A stretch of 13,384 nt of DNA. Origin: Planctomycetota bacterium (GTDB taxonomy: Bacteria > Planctomycetota > UBA8108 > UBA1146). Every line of letters begins with the position of its first letter. Positions within the stretch are counted from its first letter, which is position 1. The notes under the pieces are model-generated. The model was not told the origin of the DNA. It made no database searches and saw only the letters and a program-made list of their open reading frames with translations. Made by a program: the position numbers and the translations under genes. Of the stretch, positions 1 through 6,994 are shown in pieces. Where the stretch lies: NCBI GenBank assembly GCA_036338595.1, contig JAYZBV010000110.1:1-13384 (forward strand). The letters are read 5' to 3'.

Positions 1-496
1 GAGAGATGGCCAGGAACAGATCCTCGGCGTGAGCGTCGGTGCTCGACTCGGCATCGGGGAGCATATCTGGACCCCATTGCCAGCGACCGGTGGCATAGCC
101 GATACTTCGAACGGTGATCAGGGCACGGGTGCATTCAGGGATGTCGACGGCAAACTCGCCACCGGCACGAGTACGCGCGTGACCCAGTGGGATCGATCCG
201 GCCAGATTGCGAAACGCAACGGTCGCTCCCGGTACAGGTAATCCGGTCGATACATCGATGACCTGTCCTGCGAAGCGCATCCGGGGCAGATTGGCCACAA
301 CAGGCGGTGGCACTTCGGGACCAGGGCCCGTGAATCCGACATCTTCTGTATCGCCGATGCCGCTGGTGGCGCTCGAAGCGCCGCCATCAGGGGATGGTGC
401 TGGATCTCCCGACAGGAAGTAGAAACTCACCGCCAGGATGAGCAGGCCGACTCCGATGAGGGTCAGCGGAATGACTCTGCCGAGGACCATGTTCAA
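1..496 (-). CDS. Membrane-anchored protein with carboxypeptidase-regulatory-like (prealbumin-fold) domain; partial, runs off left edge
   Basis: Not in ORF track (no stop in window). Manual translation from TTG at 496 (alternative ATG at 490): MNMVLGRVIPLTLIGVGLLILAVSFYFLSG (TM/signal anchor), Pro/Gly/Ser-rich linker, then FAGQVIDVSTGLPVPGATV...TRAGGEFAVD...ITVRSIGYA, the typical G-x-V-x-D-x-x-T-G-x-P-V-x-G-A-x-V / G-x-F / G-Y pattern. AGGAG SD at 508-504, 7 nt upstream of TTG. Confidence 0.75.
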   Translation of the reverse strand, partial: MNMVLGRVIPLTLIGVGLLILAVSFYFLSGDPAPSPDGGASSATSGIGDTEDVGFTGPGPEVPPPVVANLPRMRFAGQVIDVSTGLPVPGATVAFRNLAGSIPLGHARTRAGGEFAVDIPECTRALITVRSIGYATGRWQWGPDMLPDAESSTDAHAEDLFLAIS

Positions 497-507
497 GGAC
501 CGACTCC

Positions 508-930
508 TCAATCCCGTGGGGCGTACACCGTGACCTTCAGTTCGATCGCGATGGGGGTCGGTAGTGCTCCCACTTCGACGGTGGTCCTGCACGGCCGTAT
601 CTCCCCGAGGTACTGCTCGTAGACCCGATTGAAGACGGCGAAATCCTTCTTCATGTCGGTCAGGAAGACGGTCACATCGACCACTTCCTGCCAGCTGGCC
701 CCTGCATCTTCGACGACCATTCGGACATTATCGAAGCAGGAGCGGCACTGGGTCTCGATACAGTATTCTACGATGTTTCCCTCATCATCGAGGGTGACCC
801 CCGGAATCTCGGTGGTATCGCGAGATCTGGGCCCGACTCCGCTCAGAAAGATGAAGTCTCCAGCTCTGCGCGCATGGGGGTAGGGTCCGACCGGCTCGGG
901 AGCACGGTCGCTGATGGTGACATCATTCAT
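508..930 (-). CDS. amnD: RidA/YjgF family protein, probable 2-aminomuconate deaminase (AmnD/NbaF-like), 140 aa
   Basis: APEPVGPYPHARRAGDFIFLSGVGPR N-terminus, DVTVFLTDMKKDFAVFNRVY, and PCRTTVEVGALPTPIAIELK with conserved Arg and Glu. ATG at 930 overlaps the ALDH stop (ATGAATGA), so the ORF-track start at 1065 is an over-extension. Specificity inferred from the adjacent 2-aminomuconate semialdehyde dehydrogenase. Confidence 0.8.
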   Translation of the reverse strand: MNDVTISDRAPEPVGPYPHARRAGDFIFLSGVGPRSRDTTEIPGVTLDDEGNIVEYCIETQCRSCFDNVRMVVEDAGASWQEVVDVTVFLTDMKKDFAVFNRVYEQYLGEIRPCRTTVEVGALPTPIAIELKVTVYAPRD

Positions 931-2419
931 CGGTGCTGTCGGGTCCTTTCGAGTCAAATCGGATACAGACATTGGTCGGTTCCTGGAAAAAGGACAGCGA
1001 TTCGGCTCCGCCTTCTCGTCCCAGTCCGCTCGCCTTGACTCCTCCAAAAACAGTGCGAAGGTCACGTTTCATCCAGCAGTTGACCCAGACGGTACCGGCT
1101 TCGATGCGCTCCGAAACTCGTAGCGCACGATCGACACTGCCGGTCCAGACACTGGCTGCCAGGCCGTAACGTACATCGTTGGCGATCTCGATGGCGGAGG
1201 ATTCATCATCGAAGGGGATGATGGTGGCGACCGGACCGAAGATCTCTTCCTGGTTGGTACGGGTACGGGAATCGAGACCGATCACCACGGCAGGGGAGAG
1301 GAAATAGCCACCGGAGCAACGCCCCGCAGGAGCGCATCGTTCGCCTCCACACAGGATCGTTCCGCCCTCATCGCGAGCGACCTGAAGGCTGTTTTCCACC
1401 TTTTGCAGGTGCTCGCTGGAAACCAGCGCACCGACCTCCGTCGTCGCTTCGAGAGGATCGCCGATGGCCATCGATGAGACTTGTTCGACGAGGCGCTCGG
1501 TGAAGGAGTCGACGATACTCCTCTCGACCAGGATCCTGGATCCGCACAGGCAGATCTGGCCCTGGTTGGAATAGGCGGCCCGGGCAGCGCCCTCGATCGC
1601 CTGGTCGATGTCGGCATCTGCGAACACGACCGTGGGATTCTTACCGCCCAGTTCCAGCAGCGTCTTCTTGAAGGAAGGAGCGGCGACCGATGCGATGGAC
1701 GCACCCGTTTCGGTTCCGCCGGTGAATGAAATCGCAGCGATTCCCGGGTGGCTGACGATGGCGGCTCCTGCCGATGCTCCGGCACCGTGGACGATATTCA
1801 GGACTCCTGCCGGCAGTCCCACATCCTGCGCCGCCTTCGCCAGCAGGTCCGCAGTCACGGGAGTGACCTCGGATGGCTTGGCCACGACGGTGCACCCGGC
1901 GGCCAGTGCCGGGGCGATCTTCCAGGTGAAGAGATAGAGCGGCAGATTCCACGGCGAGATGCAGCCGGCGACGCCGATCGGTTTTCTGATCGACACGTTC
2001 CAGAGGTCGTCGTCGGGAAGACGCGTGCGGTAGCACTCGTCTTGCTGGTAGCGAGCCGCGCCGGCAAAGAACCTCAGGTTCGCGGCTGCTCTGGGGATGT
2101 CCATCTGTCTGGCGGCGGTGATCGGTTTGCCATTGTCGATGCATTCAGCGGTGGCGAACTCATCGAGCCGATCCTCGATGACCGCAGCGAGTTTTTCTAG
2201 CAGCTGGCCTCGAGTCTCCGCAGAACTGCTGGCCCAGTCGGGCAGAGCTCTCGTTGCTGCGGCCACCGCAAGATCGACCTCTGCCTGACCACCGGCGGCG
2301 ATGGTTCCGAGTGCTTCACCGGTAGCCGGTTCGATGTTGCCGATGACGGATCCGTCGACGGAGGCGATGCGCTTGCCGTCGATGAAGTGAAGCACCTCGC
2401 TGAAACTGGCACGATCCAT
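923..2419 (-). CDS. amnC: Aldehyde dehydrogenase, 2-aminomuconate/2-hydroxymuconate-6-semialdehyde dehydrogenase family (ALDH8A1/AmnC/NbaE-like), 498 aa
   Basis: ISPWNLPLYLFTWKIAPALA, SFTGGT, catalytic LELGGKNP and NQGQICLCGSR, EEIFGPV; family-specific DIPRAAANLRFF and NCWMKRDLRTVFGG carrying the carboxylate-binding arginines. AGGAGG SD at 2432-2427, 7 nt before ATG 2419. Confidence 0.88.
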   Translation of the reverse strand: MDRASFSEVLHFIDGKRIASVDGSVIGNIEPATGEALGTIAAGGQAEVDLAVAAATRALPDWASSSAETRGQLLEKLAAVIEDRLDEFATAECIDNGKPITAARQMDIPRAAANLRFFAGAARYQQDECYRTRLPDDDLWNVSIRKPIGVAGCISPWNLPLYLFTWKIAPALAAGCTVVAKPSEVTPVTADLLAKAAQDVGLPAGVLNIVHGAGASAGAAIVSHPGIAAISFTGGTETGASIASVAAPSFKKTLLELGGKNPTVVFADADIDQAIEGAARAAYSNQGQICLCGSRILVERSIVDSFTERLVEQVSSMAIGDPLEATTEVGALVSSEHLQKVENSLQVARDEGGTILCGGERCAPAGRCSGGYFLSPAVVIGLDSRTRTNQEEIFGPVATIIPFDDESSAIEIANDVRYGLAASVWTGSVDRALRVSERIEAGTVWVNCWMKRDLRTVFGGVKASGLGREGGAESLSFFQEPTNVCIRFDSKGPDSTDE

Positions 2420-2457
2420 CGGGTTTCCTCCTGGCTGCATCGATCTGGTGTTCGATT

Positions 2458-3243
2458 CTAGATCCCGCTGAGCCGTCCGCCATCTACTGGCAAGCAGACT
2501 CCACTGATGTAAGAGGCTGCCGGAGAGCAGAGGAATGCCACAACGGTGCCGATCTCGTCAGCACTGGCGAATCGACCCAGTGGAATGGTGTCGAGCCAAT
2601 CGCTGGCGACCTGCTCGGGAGTGGTCCCCTGTGCCGCAGCGCGCTTCTGCATCAGTTGACCCAGGCGAGCGGTATCGGTGAAACCCGGCAGCACGCTGTT
2701 GACGGTGATTCCATGTGGCCCCAGTTCCTTCGACAGTGTCTTGGCCCACGAGGCGACCGCACCCCGGGTGGTGTTGGAGACCCCCAGGTTTTGAATCGGT
2801 TCGCGAACCGATGTCGAGATGATGTTCACGATACGGCCATATCCCAGTTCCTTCATCCCCGGCACCAGCAGTTGAACGAGACGATGATTGCAGACGACAT
2901 GGCGACCGATGGCGCTCAGGAACTCGTCGGAGTCTGCATCCAGGATGGGTCCTCCGGGGGGTCCACCCGAGTTGTTGACGAGAATCCCGAAGGGGCCCGC
3001 CTGATCGACATGGGATCGAACCACCTCGGAGAGTTGATCGGGCTCATCAAAGTCAGCGACGATTCGACTGTGGCCGGAACCACTCAAGCTCGCCAGTGCG
3101 GTGTCGAGATCGGCTTCACTTCGAGCACAGAGCGTGACGCTGGCTCCGAGGTCAGCGAGGGAGCGAGCACACTCGAGCCCGATACCGGCACTACTACCAC
3201 AGACGAGTGCGGGCCTATCGTTGAGTCGGAGTCGAATCTTCAC
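2458..3243 (-). CDS. Short-chain dehydrogenase/reductase, atypical FabG-like subgroup lacking the YxxxK motif, 261 aa
   Basis: ALVCGSSAGIG Rossmann motif, CARS, ILVNNSGGPPGG, GRIVNIISTS, GITVNSVLPGFTDT, IPLGRFA, ASYISG...VDGG. The active-site segment reads NLGVSNTTRGAV instead of YxxxK. GTG start with GGAG just upstream. Confidence 0.88.
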   Translation of the reverse strand: MKIRLRLNDRPALVCGSSAGIGLECARSLADLGASVTLCARSEADLDTALASLSGSGHSRIVADFDEPDQLSEVVRSHVDQAGPFGILVNNSGGPPGGPILDADSDEFLSAIGRHVVCNHRLVQLLVPGMKELGYGRIVNIISTSVREPIQNLGVSNTTRGAVASWAKTLSKELGPHGITVNSVLPGFTDTARLGQLMQKRAAAQGTTPEQVASDWLDTIPLGRFASADEIGTVVAFLCSPAASYISGVCLPVDGGRLSGI

Positions 3244-3261
3244 TGCTCTCCATTCATCTCA

Positions 3262-4362
3262 TCAGGTCGTGAATACAGGTTGTCCCAGGGCGCTCTCGAT
3301 GGGAGTGATACCGAGGCCAGGTTGAGTCGAGGCGGCCATCCGTCCGTTGACCCGTTTCGGGGCTCCATCGGCGATGGGAACGGTGACATACGAGTTGAAA
3401 TCGGTCGCGGTCAGCAGCAACTGAGGTGGTGTGCTGTGCGCCAGGTGAGCGATGGCAGCCGTGACGATGTCGCCTCCCCAGGCATCCTCGATGGTCATGG
3501 CAATTCCCAACTCGATGCACAGATCGCGAGCCTGGCGTGCACGGGTCAGACCTCCGAACTTCGAGATCTTGATGTTCACCGCATCCATCGCCTGGTCCGC
3601 ATGGGCTCGTATCAGGATCTCGATGCCATCGATCACCTCGTCGAGAACGAACGGATGGTCCGTGCTTCGGCGTACTGCCAGGCACTCGCCATAACTTTCA
3701 CAGGGTTGTTCAATCGTGACATCGAGGTTCTTGACCGCCTTCACGACACGCATCGCCGAGTGCTGGCTCCAGCCCGTGTTGGCATCGGCGATGAGGATAT
3801 CGGTCGGCTTGAGAATCTCTCGCACCTGGTGGATTCGCTCGATGTCGACGATGGGATCGCCACCGACCTTCAACTGGAAGCGGGTATATCCTTCTTCTCG
3901 GTAGGCCCGCACCTTGTCGCGCATCGCGACCGGGTCCTCCTGCGAGATGGCTCGGTAGAGGACAAAGTCATCTCCATGGCAGCCGCCGAACAGGGTGCTG
4001 ACGGGAACACCACTCGCCTGTCCCAGGATGTCCCAGCAGGCGATGTCGATGGCCGATTTGACGTACGGATGACCCTTCAGGCAAGCATCCATCTTCTGAT
4101 TGAGAAGCAGCAACTCGCAAGGATCCTCGCCGATCAACTGAGGTGCAAGGAAAGCGATGCCGGTGCGGGCTCCCTCGGCATACGCCGGCAAGTAAGCAGG
4201 TCCGAGTGGACACACTTCGCCATGGCCGGTGATCCCCTCGTCGGTCTCGATTCGCACCACGGTGCTGTCGAAAACCTCGACCGATTTCCCCCCCGACCAG
4301 CGGTAGGCACCTTCGACCAGCGGCAAGTCGACCTGGAAGACCTGGATGCTTCGAATCTTCAA
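3262..4362 (-). CDS. Mandelate racemase/muconate lactonizing enzyme (enolase superfamily) protein, probable cis-3-hydroxy-L-proline dehydratase, 366 aa
   Basis: From TTG 4362: (M)[65 protein letters not shown] (catalytic Lys), metal ligands ADANTGW / IEQPC / [30 protein letters not shown]. This pattern matches, from memory, the characterised MLE-subgroup c3LHyp dehydratases. GGGAGG SD at 4372-4367; ATG 4374 is an alternative start. Confidence 0.8.
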   Translation of the reverse strand: MKIRSIQVFQVDLPLVEGAYRWSGGKSVEVFDSTVVRIETDEGITGHGEVCPLGPAYLPAYAEGARTGIAFLAPQLIGEDPCELLLLNQKMDACLKGHPYVKSAIDIACWDILGQASGVPVSTLFGGCHGDDFVLYRAISQEDPVAMRDKVRAYREEGYTRFQLKVGGDPIVDIERIHQVREILKPTDILIADANTGWSQHSAMRVVKAVKNLDVTIEQPCESYGECLAVRRSTDHPFVLDEVIDGIEILIRAHADQAMDAVNIKISKFGGLTRARQARDLCIELGIAMTIEDAWGGDIVTAAIAHLAHSTPPQLLLTATDFNSYVTVPIADGAPKRVNGRMAASTQPGLGITPIESALGQPVFTT

Positions 4363-4433
4363 CGGGCCTCCCATGGCAAGGGGGTGCTCACATGGCACCC
4401 GATCCTACCGTTGGCTTTACAGGAACCCCCGTG

Positions 4434-4444
4434 GGTTGACAACC
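4434..4444. promoter_or_regulatory. Operator-like palindrome GGTTG-A-CAACC overlapping a TTGACA hexamer
   Basis: Perfect 5-1-5 inverted repeat in the divergent intergenic region; contains TTGACA (4436-4441) on + and TTGTCA on -. No good -10 at 17 bp on +. Confidence 0.35.
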
Positions 4445-4446
4445 TG

Positions 4447-4515
4447 TCTCCTCCAGAACAGCGCCCTACTCTCCTCCAGAACGGCACCCTGCTCTCCTCC
4501 AGAACGGCATCCTGC
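4447..4515. repeat. Tandem repeat, 3 x 23 bp, consensus TCTCCTCCAGAACGGCACCCTGC
   Basis: 4447-4469 TCTCCTCCAGAACAGCGCCCTAC; 4470-4492 TCTCCTCCAGAACGGCACCCTGC; 4493-4515 TCTCCTCCAGAACGGCATCCTGC. First 13 bp identical in all three units, no spacers. Confidence 0.95.
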
Positions 4516-4611
4516 CGGGCAGAAGAGTGCTGCTCGTGCCGGCCGGATGCGTTCTTGTGAGGGGTTCCCGGGCGTGTTGTCATCGCAGGGTTGGGAAAGG
4601 CAGGTGTGCAG

Positions 4612-6063
4612 ATGGATCGCAGGACCTTCGTAACCACTGGCATCGCAGCCGGTGCGGCACTGGCAATGGGAAGATCTCCACTGGCATTCGGTGCGGGCAG
4701 TGCGGACGAGATCCGGGTCGGCGTGGCGGGAATCCGCAGCCGAGGGTGGTCGCATGTCATGGGCCTCAATCGCCTCGAAGGAGTGAGGGTTGTGGCCCTC
4801 TGCGATGTCGATCAGGGGATTCTCGAGAACCGGCAGCGGGAGCTGGCTGAAAAGGGAACGACCACCGAGATCTTCCGCGACTTCCGCGATCTGATTGCTC
4901 GCGATGACATCGATGTGGTGTCGATTGCGACTCCCAACCACTGGCATGCGATGCAGACGGTGTGGGCCTGCGCAGCGGGTAAAGACGTCTATGTCGAGAA
5001 GCCGATCAGCCACAATGTTCGTGAAGGTCGTTTGATGGTGGAAGCTGCGAGCCGCCACGGGCGTATCGTCCAGACCGGAACTCAATCACGCTCATCCTCT
5101 GCCATCCGAGATGCGATTCGCTGGATGCATCAGGGAAACATCGGCAAGCCGACCCTGGCCAGGGGGCTCTGCTACAAGCCACGCCAGTCGATCGGCAAGG
5201 TGGACGGCCCTCGCGATGTACCCAAGGGCATCGACTACGACCTGTGGGTCGGACCGGCACCGATGAAGCCGTTGGGCCGTCGCCAGTTTCACTACGATTG
5301 GCACTGGGACTTCGACACGGGCAATGGAGATCTTGGCAACCAGGGTATCCATCAGATGGATCTGTGCCGCTGGGCACTCGGCCACGAACGGATGCCAGAT
5401 CGAGTGGTCGCCTATGGCGGTCGCTACGGATACGACGATGACGGCAACACTCCCAATACGCTGGTCTCTGTTCTCGATTATCCAGAGGCGCCCATCATCT
5501 TCGAGGTCAGAGGGCTCCCGAACAGCCGTCAGGCTCAGAAAGACAACTGGGGCGGCAGCATGGACCGCTATCTTGGCATGACGATCGGTGCGGCAATCCA
5601 CTGTGAAGAGGGAACTCTCTTGATTCCCAACTACTCCAGTGCTCGAGCCATCGACCGGACCGGGAAAACGATCAAGGAATGGCGTGGCGCCCAGGATCAT
5701 TTCAAGAACTTCATCGATGCGGTGCGCTCTCGAGATGTAGAGAGTCTCAATGGCACCGTCGAAGGTGGCCACCTGTCGAGTGCGCTGTGCCATCTCGGAA
5801 ACATCTCATACCTACGCGGAGAGATGGTAGAACCGAAGGTTGCCGCCGGACGCATCACCTGGCCGACCACTGCCGCAGCAGACATCGAGCGAGTGGTGGC
5901 ACACCTCACCAGCAACGGGGTCGACTTTGCCTCGACAGGGATCATGGCGGGCAAGATGCTGGAGATCGATGCTGCCACCGAGAGGTTCCGCGGAGATGCC
6001 GTGGCAAACGAGATGCTGTTTCGCCCGGGTCGTGCGGATTATGTATTTCCCGAGGAGGCGTAG
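4612..6063 (+). CDS. Tat-exported Gfo/Idh/MocA family NAD(P)-dependent oxidoreductase, 483 aa
   Basis: MDRRTFVTTGIAAGAALA twin-arginine signal; IRVGVAGIRSRG, VALCDVD, IDVVSIATPNHWH, GKDVYVEKPISH, VQTGTQSRS, DYDLWVGPAP, HYDWHWDFDTGNGDLGNQGIHQMD, HFKNFIDAVRSR, GHLSSALCHLGNISY. Typical of the Planctomycete/Bacteroidota expanded subfamily. Confidence 0.92.
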   Translation: MDRRTFVTTGIAAGAALAMGRSPLAFGAGSADEIRVGVAGIRSRGWSHVMGLNRLEGVRVVALCDVDQGILENRQRELAEKGTTTEIFRDFRDLIARDDIDVVSIATPNHWHAMQTVWACAAGKDVYVEKPISHNVREGRLMVEAASRHGRIVQTGTQSRSSSAIRDAIRWMHQGNIGKPTLARGLCYKPRQSIGKVDGPRDVPKGIDYDLWVGPAPMKPLGRRQFHYDWHWDFDTGNGDLGNQGIHQMDLCRWALGHERMPDRVVAYGGRYGYDDDGNTPNTLVSVLDYPEAPIIFEVRGLPNSRQAQKDNWGGSMDRYLGMTIGAAIHCEEGTLLIPNYSSARAIDRTGKTIKEWRGAQDHFKNFIDAVRSRDVESLNGTVEGGHLSSALCHLGNISYLRGEMVEPKVAAGRITWPTTAAADIERVVAHLTSNGVDFASTGIMAGKMLEIDAATERFRGDAVANEMLFRPGRADYVFPEEA

Positions 6064-6066
6064 CCG

Positions 6067-6984
6067 GTGCTTCCTCGAGAAGACCAGTTCCTCGATCGAC
6101 GCACGGTTCTCCAGAGCATCGCCGCTGCTGGTGTTCTCACTGCTGTCCCCGACTGGCTCCTCTCCGACGAGCCAGCGGCGCTGCCAGCAGCACGCTTTCG
6201 CTTTGGCCTCGTCACCTACCTGTGGGGGCAGGACCTCCCTCTGCCACGGCTCATCGACAGTTGCCACTCCTCCGGACTGAAGGGGATCGAACTGCGTACG
6301 ACCCATGCGCACAAGGTCGAGCCCGCTCTGACTTCCGGCCAGAGACTCGAGGTGAAGCAACGCTTCGATGATTCGTCCGTGACCTGCGTTGGTATCGGCA
6401 GCAACGAGAAACTCCACCATGAGAATCCAGCACAATTGAAGGCGGCCATGGATGCGACTCGCGCCTTCCTGAAGTTGAGCGCAGATATCGGTGGCAGCGG
6501 AGTGAAGGTCAAACCGGATCATTGTCCCCAGGGAGAAGAACGAGAACGGACCATCGAGAGGATCGGCAAGTCGCTGCAGCAACTGGGCAAGGAAGCCGCC
6601 GACATGGGCCAGGAGATTCGACTCGAAGTGCATGGTTCCTGCGCACCATTACCGCTGATCGAACGGATCCTGGAGATCGCTGATCATCCGTCGGTGGGCG
6701 CGTGCTGGAACTGCAACGACAGCGATCTATCCGGCGATGGCATCGAGAAGAACTTTGGCAGAGTTCGAGATCGTTTGGCTCGCACCCTGCATGTGCGTCG
6801 TCTCGACGAGAAACGTTACCCCTACGATACCCTGTTCGGTCTGCTGCGTGCGGCGAAGTGGGACGGCTGGATGCTGCTGGAGGCGCATGACCGCCCGCCG
6901 GAGGCGAGAGTCGAAGCACTACGAGCCCAAGGAGCATACTTCGAAGCTTTGGCCGCCAAGCGTGTGCCCCGGAAAACGAACTAG
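6067..6984 (+). CDS. Tat-exported sugar phosphate isomerase/epimerase (xylose isomerase-like / AP endonuclease 2 TIM barrel), 305 aa
   Basis: LDRRTVLQSIAAAGVL Tat-like signal; FGLVTYLWG, GLKGIELR, GGSGVKVKP, IRLEVHG, GACWNCN, TLHVR, WDGWMLLE. GTG start 3 nt after the upstream stop with GAGGAGG SD at 6052-6058. Confidence 0.85.
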   Translation: MLPREDQFLDRRTVLQSIAAAGVLTAVPDWLLSDEPAALPAARFRFGLVTYLWGQDLPLPRLIDSCHSSGLKGIELRTTHAHKVEPALTSGQRLEVKQRFDDSSVTCVGIGSNEKLHHENPAQLKAAMDATRAFLKLSADIGGSGVKVKPDHCPQGEERERTIERIGKSLQQLGKEAADMGQEIRLEVHGSCAPLPLIERILEIADHPSVGACWNCNDSDLSGDGIEKNFGRVRDRLARTLHVRRLDEKRYPYDTLFGLLRAAKWDGWMLLEAHDRPPEARVEALRAQGAYFEALAAKRVPRKTN

Positions 6985-6994
6985 ATCTTAATTT

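Noticed and set aside
931..1065. N-terminal extension of the RidA ORF given in the ORF track
   Set aside because: Overlaps the ALDH C-terminus; family homology starts at ATG 930, which is coupled to the ALDH stop.
4447..4515. Possible mini CRISPR array
   Set aside because: Units are directly adjacent with a 23-bp period and no unique spacers; no cas genes in the window.
2656..4560. 634-aa plus-strand ORF overlapping the SDR, the dehydratase and the tandem repeat
   Set aside because: Antisense shadow: both real genes lie in the same minus-strand frame, so the stop-poor complementary frame runs through both. No recognisable motifs or SD.
6985..6994. Terminator between the convergent TIM-barrel and FG-GAP genes
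   Set aside because: Only 10 AT-rich bases separate the stops and no convincing GC-rich hairpin is present.
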